Below are positions 50,430 to 58,711 of a stretch of DNA of 64,000 nt, one piece after another; positions within the stretch are counted from its first letter, which is position 1; each line of letters starts with the position of its first letter. The notes under the pieces are model-generated. The model was not told the origin of the DNA and ran no database searches. It saw only the letters and a list, made by a program, of their open reading frames with translations. The DNA is from Candidatus Latescibacterota bacterium (GTDB taxonomy: Bacteria > Latescibacterota > UBA2968): contig OZ242010.1 of NCBI GenBank assembly GCA_965204745.1, positions 2,656,001 to 2,720,000 of the forward strand. Reading direction: 5' to 3'. The translations under genes and the position numbers were made by a program.

Positions 50430-50940
50430 GCGGCAGAGCGTTGGCTCTCCGCGTGGGTCCGCCGACACAGATCGACGAGATGCCCAAAATCAAATTCCCG
50501 ACTCATCGCGTTCTCCCATCTTTTTGTGGTTGGTCATCGTCCGCTATTCCGAATCTTCCATTCTCGGTTTGAGTACGTGACTGCCATGCGTTACTCCGAT
50601 TTGACCAACCGCACCCGCCCCGTAAGAAGTTGTTGCATCATCCCCTGCTTGATGGCACTGGTCTTATCCCGGCGTCGTTCCAGCGCGGCGATCTCGGCGT
50701 CCATTTGGGCCATACGAACTTTTTGCCTCGCAACTGTTGGACGGACCGCCCGCTCTTGGACGAACTCGCTTTGCACGCTGCTGATGAATAGACGGAGTTG
50801 GGTCATGCTTTGAGCCTTTCATCCCCGGGTCGCGGGGGTTCATCGCCAGCCGTTTTCAGAAGGCGATCAAAGGCCGCCAAATCAGCGCGGGCCGCCCGCT
50901 CTTGAAAATAACGCGCCGTCCGCAAGGCGGCTAATTTTTC
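50430..50940 (-). repeat. mosaic of six gene stubs duplicated from elsewhere in the locus
   Basis: Each piece matches another position in 38191-52620 (listed in findings). Confidence 0.88.
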
Positions 50941-51823
50941 ATCTATTGGCTTGCTTCTTGGAATTGGTTTCATAAAGAGTGTCCGTAATGGCTCCCCGAA
51001 AAACCTCCTCATTGAGGAACTGCAAGAGCTTTTTCGCTTTGGCCTTATCAGCCGGAAAAACTATCCTGTCCTGTGAAATAGCAATCTCGACACCATGCCC
51101 TTTAGAACTCGATTGAATCTCTTGGGCGGAAAAATTATCGAGAACGCAGGAATCTCTGAGCATGGCGAATCGCTTGCGGGACCATTGGTCTGCCCCGGTT
51201 ACCTGTGACTCAATGTCTTCAGGCGCGAGCAACGCATGAGTCAATACCTCTCGAATCTCTTTATTCGATGCATCCTTATAGAAGTCGGATAATGGCAGGA
51301 AGGTGTTGACGTAGCGAAAGTTTTGGAACAACAACTTGCCTTCGTCTGGATCATACACAGCACTCAATTTTCTACCTAGCGTCAAAATCGGACGTTCTAA
51401 ACTTTTGTAGGTATCGCTACTCAGGATCAGAAAATTCCCCGGATGGATAACGTGAGAACGAGTAAAATTCTGGAAGAGCATCAACTCTTTGTTCTGAGTA
51501 CTTCGCGCAAATGCCACAATACCTTTGACAGAATGGTTGGACAACTCATCGTCGCCGAGAGCATCAAGATTCAAGATGGACAGGCTATCTTCATTTTCTA
51601 GCCAGTCAGGTAGTTTGTAGTTCGACAAGCAAAAACGCTCATGTTCCTCTGGTTGGTACCCGGCGTTGAACTCAATCTCGTCTATTTCGCGAATGAATTC
51701 GTCATATTGGCTCTGCCAACTTTCAGCAAGGCTGTCCTGTAACTCTCCACTAAGCGGGATTTGTAACAGGCATGTTTCTGTACGATCCTTGACTATCGCC
51801 GCAAGGTGAAAGTTTTTAAGCAT
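50939..51823 (-). CDS. kwaB: Kiwa KwaB-like (DUF4868) protein
   Basis: Family-like C-terminus LLQFLNEE.F...IT...YETNSKK; coupled to a TM gene in a defence context. Confidence 0.75.
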   Translation of the reverse strand: MLKNFHLAAIVKDRTETCLLQIPLSGELQDSLAESWQSQYDEFIREIDEIEFNAGYQPEEHERFCLSNYKLPDWLENEDSLSILNLDALGDDELSNHSVKGIVAFARSTQNKELMLFQNFTRSHVIHPGNFLILSSDTYKSLERPILTLGRKLSAVYDPDEGKLLFQNFRYVNTFLPLSDFYKDASNKEIREVLTHALLAPEDIESQVTGADQWSRKRFAMLRDSCVLDNFSAQEIQSSSKGHGVEIAISQDRIVFPADKAKAKKLLQFLNEEVFRGAITDTLYETNSKKQANR

Positions 51824-52352
51824 TGGAATTTCCTTTGTGTAGATAAATGTTCTGAGAGAGTGCTACTGTTTGGATTTCTACTCTGGGCCGCCGCAAATCT
51901 TTTTTGCTAATCAGAAGGTTGGACATTCCATGCTGATCCTTTACAGCATAGAACCGATAACGAAATAATAAACGCATTACCGGATTAAAATGAAAGGCAC
52001 GGGCATGGACAAGGGCTATGATAATGATAATAAGTACATACCCGCTCGTGATCGGCTCGCTAGCAAATGTTGAGCCTCCTGATCGGATAAATGGAAGAAG
52101 GTAGATGAATAGGAACGTTAGCACCTCCTGATCTTTGCGTTCAAATTCTTGGATATAGATCATGTGGCTTTGTGCCTTCTTTGACATATGCTTCAACAGT
52201 ACCCAGCAGACAACCACCATTAAAAATGCTATGCCTAGCCATATCCAGCCCTTCCGCGGCTGACCACACTCGAACTGACTGATGGCTATAGCAATCAGTA
52301 CTGGAGACAAGGACGTCGTCACGAAAAAAAATTGGGCGAAGTAATTCATCAT
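51816..52352 (-). CDS. kwaA: Kiwa KwaA-like membrane protein
   Basis: About 4 TM segments; FLFIYLLPFI and FNPVMRL...YRFY motifs. Confidence 0.75.
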   Translation of the reverse strand: MMNYFAQFFFVTTSLSPVLIAIAISQFECGQPRKGWIWLGIAFLMVVVCWVLLKHMSKKAQSHMIYIQEFERKDQEVLTFLFIYLLPFIRSGGSTFASEPITSGYVLIIIIIALVHARAFHFNPVMRLLFRYRFYAVKDQHGMSNLLISKKDLRRPRVEIQTVALSQNIYLHKGNSNA

Positions 52353-52353
52353 G

Positions 52354-53634
52354 TCAAAAACTCCGTGACACAGTTGGTTTGCCCAACCGCACCCGCCCCG
52401 TGAGGAGTTGTTGCATCATCCCCTGCTTGATGGCACTGGTCTTATCCCGGCGTCGCTCCAGCGCGGCAATCTCGGCGTCCATGTCAAAGAGGATGGTGGC
52501 GATGGCGCGTTGTTCGGCAAGTGTGGGAAGGTCGATCTGCACCTGTGCGAGGTTTCGGCTATTGATATGGACGACCGCGTCGCCTTGGGCCATACGAGCT
52601 TTTTGCCTCGCAACTGTTGGGTGATTCATCAGGTAGCCGAGGTAGAGCGAGTTTTGACTCAATGGGGTCAATACTACAACATCGCCACCGACATAGACTT
52701 GCTCTTCACCAAGATATGCGGCACAGCGACCTATTTCTTCTGAAGTTTCACCCGACCCGGCAAAAAGGAGATCGCCCGTCTTGATTGGCAATGACTTCGA
52801 GGCAACAGACAAAGGAATCCGTGCAACTGGATTCAAAACATGATCTTTGTATCGTGTATATAGCTCTCCATAACGGATACACGGAACGCCTTCGTCAGAA
52901 ACATCATCTCGCTTAATTCCACGGCCCTTTGAAAAGGGGCCAATCTCTCCCAACCGCTTTGTCTCCCACGCCCCACCGAACCCCGGGAGGCGCGTCTTGC
53001 CGGTGAGGAGTTGCTGCATGGTGGCCTGCTTGATGGCGCGCTTCTTGGCGATCAGCGCGTCCAATGACCGGATTAGGCCGTCCACATCTGATAACACCTC
53101 GGCGATGGCGCGTTGCTCCTCAACACTCGGTGGACAAGGAATCTCGATCATTCGCACATCGTTGGTATTGATTGCCGGATAATTTGATCCCGCAAGTATC
53201 TTGCTAATTTGTTTGTTCACGACATGACCAAACAGATGGGCAAATAAGAAACCAGGATCGGATAGGTTGGGCTTACTTCTGATGACAGCGAATCCAGTTG
53301 AGCAAACCGCATTTGCGATTTGTCCTCGAAAGAAGAGGTGAGCCATTAGATTTGGGCGAACCGTTGACATAAGGATATCGTTTTCGCGCAGTACTCGTCG
53401 AGCTCTTGAAGGGGCCGTCCGAAAAACAATTTCAGTAAAACCAAGAAGTTGTCCTGTATCCACTTGCTCGAGCGATATATAGTTAAATTCGTAATCTGGG
53501 TCGGTATTATTTGGAAGATTCTCGGGGTCAATATCTGCGATATCTCCCAACCGCTTCATTTCCCATTCCCCATCGAGATCCGGCAAGTCTTCGGTGTTGC
53601 CCTGATCTTGAGGGCGAGTCGTTTCCGCGTTCAT
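52354..53634 (-). CDS. hsdS: type I R-M specificity subunit (allele B)
   Basis: Two TRDs unlike allele A; near-identical conserved central and C-terminal regions. Confidence 0.94.
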   Translation of the reverse strand: MNAETTRPQDQGNTEDLPDLDGEWEMKRLGDIADIDPENLPNNTDPDYEFNYISLEQVDTGQLLGFTEIVFRTAPSRARRVLRENDILMSTVRPNLMAHLFFRGQIANAVCSTGFAVIRSKPNLSDPGFLFAHLFGHVVNKQISKILAGSNYPAINTNDVRMIEIPCPPSVEEQRAIAEVLSDVDGLIRSLDALIAKKRAIKQATMQQLLTGKTRLPGFGGAWETKRLGEIGPFSKGRGIKRDDVSDEGVPCIRYGELYTRYKDHVLNPVARIPLSVASKSLPIKTGDLLFAGSGETSEEIGRCAAYLGEEQVYVGGDVVVLTPLSQNSLYLGYLMNHPTVARQKARMAQGDAVVHINSRNLAQVQIDLPTLAEQRAIATILFDMDAEIAALERRRDKTSAIKQGMMQQLLTGRVRLGKPTVSRSF

Positions 53635-53736
53635 GTAACTGTGCCTTTCTAAAAGAAGAACAGGCCGATTTATATTAAAGCCTGCGTTAAATATAACCGA
53701 ATTGTCACGCCATATTAAACGCTGCGTTTAATATGG
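53635..53736 (-). promoter_or_regulatory. leader repeat with two tandem palindromes immediately downstream of hsdM
   Basis: TTATATTAAAGCCTGCGTTAAATATAA (53670-53696) and perfect CCATATTAAACGC-T-GCGTTTAATATGG (53710-53736). Confidence 0.7.
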
Positions 53737-53770
53737 AAAAGAAATGCTTCCATATTATTCGCTCGCATTA

Positions 53771-56212
53771 CTATGTCCATGCCAACCCCATTTTTTGCAA
53801 GTGCCCCGCGACCTTGTCGCCAAACGTTGCCACTTCTCGCGCCAACTCGGGCAGAGGTTGCGCGTATCGCTCCTCCAATTCCTTCACCCGCGCGGCGAGT
53901 TGTTGGGTCAGCCGTTGCCCCTCGCTGTCGATCAAGGTCTGGATATCGGCAAACCATTTGTGCTCGATGACCAGCGTCTTGATCTCGGTCTCGGTCAGCG
54001 CGGCGTAGTGTTTCAGGGTTTGCTCGTCCAACTCGGTTTGGGCGTCCTTCACGGCTTTGTCGGCTTTGGACTTGGCTTGGAACAAGGCGAGGCAACACGC
54101 GAGGGCGGCGCGTTCTTCGTCGCTCTCGGGTTCGTCCCGAATGGCCTTGAGGCGGTTGACGACGTTGGTTTTGCCGACCGTCCCCTTGTCGTTGACGACG
54201 TCCTCTAACAGACCGCCCTCGCCGGTATGTTCCTCGACAAACTCCTCCAACTCGCGGGCCGCGTCCTCTTGGGCCACGCGCAACACAGCGAGAGCGGCTT
54301 GGTCCGCGGCAAAGTAGCGGGCGACAATTAGGGCCGGGGGGACCAAGTCCATCTTGTACTTCTCGCGCTTGATGGTCAAGTCCGGGGTTTCTTTGATCTT
54401 CTTTGCCTTATCCTCGATGATCCCGCGCGGCGCGGCTGCCTCGAGCCACCCGTCTGCTGCGATGAGATACACATCGTCCTGCATAGTCTCGTCCCAGTAA
54501 TCCATCAGGCATTGGTACACGTCGTAGCGGTCGAGCAGCGGAAGGTCGGCAAAGCGCGTCAGCAGATCCTCCGACAAGTCGTGGATGACCCCTGCGGGAC
54601 GGGCATCGACCGCAAGTGCCCAAAGGCGCGGTTTGTGGGCCTCGCGCCAAGCCGTGAAAACATCGGCAACGCGCCGCTGATAGGACTTGAACTCCGCGTG
54701 CCCGAGAATGACGGCCTTGACCCGTGCGGTCTCGACGCGGGCATCGCTGTAGCCGGCCCGACCGTTGCTTTGGAACAACACCCGGCGCAACGAGGGGAAG
54801 ACGGCCCAGTAATCGCGCAGGGCGTCGAGATCCCGGTCGGGAATGCCGCCGTTCAGATGCGCGTGGAGATCGTGCATGTCCTCTATCTCGCTGGCGTCGA
54901 TATAGCGCGGAATGTTGAGGTTGTAATCATTGGCCGGGCTACCGATCTCCGCGACGGACACCATGCGCGCATAGCCCGGTTGTTCGATCTGGTTGTTGAA
55001 CACATCCACAATCCGGTGAATGTCCTGCGCCCGCAGGCGGTTTTTGTTCCCCTCCTTGAGAAAGCCCCGGCTCGCGTCGATCATGAAAATGCCCTTGCGC
55101 GCATGGGCGTCTTTCTTGTCGATGACCAAAATGCACGCGGGAATGCCCGTGCCGTAGAACAGGTTGGCGGGCAGGCCGATGATACCCTTGATGAACCCGC
55201 GTCGGACGAGGTTTTTGCGAATGTCCGCCTCCTTGTTGCCGCGAAACAACACGCCGTGCGGCAGGATGATCGCGCCCTTGCCCCCGCGCTTGAGGGACTT
55301 GATGAGGTGCAGGAGAAAGGCGTAGTCCCCGTTCTTGGCTGGTGGGATGCCGTACTCGAACCGGCCAAATTCGTCATGTGCCGGATCGAATCCATTCGCC
55401 CATGCCTTGGCTGAAAACGGGGGATTGGCGATAGCAAAGTCGAAGGTCTTGAGCCCGTTGTCCGGGTTCTTGTAATAGGGCGATGCCAAGGTGTTGCCGC
55501 GCCACAACTCGGCGGTCTCGTGACCGTGCAAGATCATGTTCATCCGCGCCAAGGCCCAAGTGGCGTTGTCCATTTCCTGACCGTAGATGCTGATGCCGCG
55601 CGGCGCGATGTCCGCGGCTTTGAGCAGCAAGGAGCCAGAACCGCACGCGAGGTCGTAAATGGTCTGGTCTTGGCGCGTATTTTGGTCGATGCCGAGCACC
55701 TGCGCCATGACGCGCGAGACTTCGGCCGGGGTGTAGAACTGCCCCTTGGCCTTGCCGGACTCGGTGGCAAAGTGCCGCATCAGGTACTCGTAGGCGTCGC
55801 CCAACAGGTCGTCGTCCTCGGCGCGGTTGGCGCGAAAGTCGAGGCCCTCGAAAATGGCGACCAACTTGGAGAGGCGGTCTTGCATCTCCTTGCCCGTGCC
55901 GAGTTTGCTCTCGTCGTTGAAGTCGGCCTGATCGATAACGCCCTTGAGGTCGTTGGCCTCTGCGAGCTTGCCGATGATCTTGTTGATGCGGTCGCCGATC
56001 TCCTTGTCGCCCTTGAGCGCGGCCATGTCGGCAAAGCCGCCTCCTTCGGGCACTTCGATGAGCGCGTCCTGCTTGCCGGCCTTGTCCGAGACATATTTCA
56101 TGAACAACAAGGTCAGCACGTAGTCCTTGTACTGCGAGGCGTCCATGCCGCCGCGCAATTCGTCGCAACTCTGCCAAAGCGATGCGTAGATTTGGGATTT
56201 CTTCAGCGCCAT
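53771..56212 (-). CDS. hsdM: type I R-M methyltransferase
   Basis: LRGGMDASQYKDY, GQFYTP, ACGSGSLL, ANPPFS, YNLNIPRY; start at MALKKS. Confidence 0.96.
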   Translation of the reverse strand: MALKKSQIYASLWQSCDELRGGMDASQYKDYVLTLLFMKYVSDKAGKQDALIEVPEGGGFADMAALKGDKEIGDRINKIIGKLAEANDLKGVIDQADFNDESKLGTGKEMQDRLSKLVAIFEGLDFRANRAEDDDLLGDAYEYLMRHFATESGKAKGQFYTPAEVSRVMAQVLGIDQNTRQDQTIYDLACGSGSLLLKAADIAPRGISIYGQEMDNATWALARMNMILHGHETAELWRGNTLASPYYKNPDNGLKTFDFAIANPPFSAKAWANGFDPAHDEFGRFEYGIPPAKNGDYAFLLHLIKSLKRGGKGAIILPHGVLFRGNKEADIRKNLVRRGFIKGIIGLPANLFYGTGIPACILVIDKKDAHARKGIFMIDASRGFLKEGNKNRLRAQDIHRIVDVFNNQIEQPGYARMVSVAEIGSPANDYNLNIPRYIDASEIEDMHDLHAHLNGGIPDRDLDALRDYWAVFPSLRRVLFQSNGRAGYSDARVETARVKAVILGHAEFKSYQRRVADVFTAWREAHKPRLWALAVDARPAGVIHDLSEDLLTRFADLPLLDRYDVYQCLMDYWDETMQDDVYLIAADGWLEAAAPRGIIEDKAKKIKETPDLTIKREKYKMDLVPPALIVARYFAADQAALAVLRVAQEDAARELEEFVEEHTGEGGLLEDVVNDKGTVGKTNVVNRLKAIRDEPESDEERAALACCLALFQAKSKADKAVKDAQTELDEQTLKHYAALTETEIKTLVIEHKWFADIQTLIDSEGQRLTQQLAARVKELEERYAQPLPELAREVATFGDKVAGHLQKMGLAWT

Positions 56213-56461
56213 GTGTGTTTCTCCGTGGTTATACCAATACCAAACAAAAGCATGCCTACAACGCAACAAATAATAGACGGAATGGGGTACAACTGGCCGG
56301 TTCCCAGTCCATCGTAGGGACAGGCACAGGGGCCTGTCCGAGTAGGATTGCTCCGCGGCACCACGCAAGCCTCCCGCCAGTTGAGTATAACTGCGATAGT
56401 CCATCGTAGGGACAGGCCGAAATTCTCCTCATGTACTTGAAGTTGAAAACCGATAGCTCCC

Positions 56462-57223
56462 CTACCATTCATTGCCGTGATACCGCTTGCCGCGCAACTT
56501 TAATTTTCGTCGCTTCTGGGATTCTTCTTCTCGCTCTCGCATCGCATTGAGAATCCGCGCTGCTTCCTCGGGCGTCATCTCCTCGGGCTGTGCTTGTCGT
56601 TCCTCTCGCTGCTGATCTTCCCGATTGTCATCCGCATTCTGGTCTTGCTGGCCTTGCTGTTGTTGATCTTGCTGATTCTGCTGTTGCTGATCCTGCTCAT
56701 CCTGTCCATCCTGATTTTGCTGGTCTTGCTGGTCTTGCTGGTCTTGCTGGTCTTGCTGTTGCTGATCTTGTTGATCCTGTCCCTTCTGTTGCTGTTTGTC
56801 CCGATCTAGTTTTTCCAACGCCAATTCCAGATTCGCTTTGGCATCCACATCCCCCGGATTCAGTTGTAGCGATTTTTTGTACGCGCCGACAGCTTCTTGA
56901 AATTTCTCCTGCCGAAACAGCGCGTTGCCCAAATTGTAGTACGCGGACGCGGCCAAATGCGGGTGATCGCCCTCCGCAGCGCGGCCTAGTTCCTGCATGG
57001 CCTCGGCGTACTTGCCCTGCTTGTAGAGCGCGTCTCCAGCATTAAAATGCAGTGCCGGACGATCTCGCGCCTCTTGTTGCGCTTCCAAATACCGGCGCAA
57101 CGCGGCTTCGTACTCGCCCTTTTCAAACAGGGCATTGCCCTCTGCGTTCTTTTTTGCCACGGGATCGAGAAACGTCCATCCCAACAACGGCAATGCCAGC
57201 AGAATCAACAAAAATCGTTTCAT
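56462..57223 (-). CDS. BatC-like TPR protein with a Q/D-rich tail
   Basis: TPR motifs (AYYNLGNALF, AKANLELA), poly-QD, terminal W. Confidence 0.85.
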   Translation of the reverse strand: MKRFLLILLALPLLGWTFLDPVAKKNAEGNALFEKGEYEAALRRYLEAQQEARDRPALHFNAGDALYKQGKYAEAMQELGRAAEGDHPHLAASAYYNLGNALFRQEKFQEAVGAYKKSLQLNPGDVDAKANLELALEKLDRDKQQQKGQDQQDQQQQDQQDQQDQQDQQNQDGQDEQDQQQQNQQDQQQQGQQDQNADDNREDQQREERQAQPEEMTPEEAARILNAMREREEESQKRRKLKLRGKRYHGNEW

Positions 57224-57439
57224 AATTTTCTCCTTTAGCGTCTCATCCCCGCCGCCGCGCCGCTACCCAAGTGCGTGCCCCGCTATGTCCGCACCGCCAC
57301 CCGTGCGTGCCCAGCCCTGCATCCACACCGCCGTGTGCGTTGTCCCGGCTCATATTCCCCGACCTCTTGTATCTTCGGGCGAGCGCGGTGGCCTTCTCCC
57401 CTCTTGTATCTTGGAAGTAAGGGTTAATTAGGAGTTGCG

Positions 57440-57605
57440 CCCTCGTATCGAGATAAGCCATCTTGATGCCCGGCTCGGGGAAGGCCGGCCCCTCTTGAAG
57501 GCGATGACCTTGTAGGTAAGATAGGCCCCCCGACCGCCGGGTCTATGCCGAAGAGTATCTAAGCCCCTTGAGGCTGCATATACAAGACCGGTAGACTTGG
57601 CGTCA
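57440..57605 (+). ncRNA. putative bridge RNA (target- and donor-binding loops); ends approximate
   Basis: Two internal-loop hairpins whose loop strands match the target flanks and the element ends. Confidence 0.75.
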
Positions 57606-57671
57606 ATGGTCGGGACGCGACCCCGAGCGCGCACCAGATCCCTTACAACCCCCTCATCACAGGAGGCCCCC

Positions 57672-58679
57672 ATGTCGAAATCTCACCCCGCTTTTGCCGG
57701 CATTGATGTCAGTGCCCGCACGTTGTCCGTTGCCCTGTCCAGACCCGGACAAGCTGTCATGCAAGCGACCTTTGCCAATGATCCCCAAGCGCATAAGCGG
57801 TTGCTGAAGTGGCTCACGAAGGGCGGGCACATGGTCTCTGTGTGCCTCGAAGCGACCGGGCTTTACAGTTTGGGGGTGGCCTTGGCCTTGCATCGGCATC
57901 GCCACACAAAGGTCATGGTCGTCAATCCCAAAGCGATGAGCAAGTACGCCCAAGCCTGCATGCAACGGGCGAAGACGGATGCGAAGGATGCGTTGTTGAT
58001 CCTCGACTATGCCGAGCGCATGCCTTTTGTGCCTTGGCAAGCGCCGAGCGAGCAACGGCTTCAACTGCAAGCCCTCACCAGACGCATTGACCAACTCAAG
58101 CAGGAGATCATCCGCGAACAGAGCCGCAACCACGCGCAGAGCTACCACATCCGCAGCACACGTCTCATCGCACGCGATATTCAGGTGAATATTCGACACT
58201 TCAAACGCCGGATTGCATACTTGGAAAGCCAAGCCCTCGATCTCGTTTTGCACGATGAGCCCCTCAAGCGTGCCTACCAACGCCTCTGCTCGACGCCTGG
58301 CATCGCGCAAACGAGTGCCTTGCGGCTCTTGGCCGAGTTGACCCTTTTGCCAGAGGAGATGCAACCGCCCCAGTGGGTCGCACATGCAGGCCTGGATCCC
58401 AAACCCAAACAATCCGGAACCGCCAATCCACAAAGACGCATCTCGAAAACCGGGAATAAGTACCTCCGCCATGCCCTCTATATGCCTGCCTGGGTGGCCA
58501 TCAGACACGAAGGCCATGTCAAAGCCTTCTATGACCAACTCATCGCCCGCGGCAAGAAACCTTTGCAGGCTATCGTTGCGGTGATGCGAAAGTTGCTCCA
58601 TTCGATCTGGGGCATGTTGCGCCATGACCAAGATTTTGAGGGCGAAAAATTCTATCGAATCACCCCGAAAACCCCTTGA
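57672..58679 (+). CDS. IS110 recombinase (DEDD RuvC-like + Tnp20)
   Basis: GIDVS, LEATG, KTDAKDA, PGIA, AGLDPKPKQSG, ISKTGNKYLR; AGGAGG RBS. Confidence 0.95.
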   Translation: MSKSHPAFAGIDVSARTLSVALSRPGQAVMQATFANDPQAHKRLLKWLTKGGHMVSVCLEATGLYSLGVALALHRHRHTKVMVVNPKAMSKYAQACMQRAKTDAKDALLILDYAERMPFVPWQAPSEQRLQLQALTRRIDQLKQEIIREQSRNHAQSYHIRSTRLIARDIQVNIRHFKRRIAYLESQALDLVLHDEPLKRAYQRLCSTPGIAQTSALRLLAELTLLPEEMQPPQWVAHAGLDPKPKQSGTANPQRRISKTGNKYLRHALYMPAWVAIRHEGHVKAFYDQLIARGKKPLQAIVAVMRKLLHSIWGMLRHDQDFEGEKFYRITPKTP

Positions 58680-58711
58680 CCTTTTAAGAGAGTATCTTGC
58701 CTCTCCCCCTC

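Larger units (their letters stand above)
57407..58697 (+). mobile_element. IS110-family element copy 2 (complete, about 1.29 kb)
   Basis: TATCT core at both ends (57407-57411 and 58693-58697), no terminal IRs, long upstream non-coding end. Confidence 0.9.

Noticed and set aside
53670-53696. Module palindrome as a dif/pdif site or integron attC
   Set aside because: TTATATTAAAG resembles a XerD arm, but the arm orientation and spacer do not fit dif and there is no XerC arm. There are no RYYYAAC/GTTRRRY ends and no integrase.
56590-56800. Q/D-rich repeats as a novel element
   Set aside because: Typical in-frame low-complexity tail of BatC-like proteins.
58676-58697. Junction promoter formed on IS110 circularisation
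   Set aside because: TTGACC is present at the right end, but no acceptable -10 hexamer falls 16-18 nt downstream in the joined sequence.
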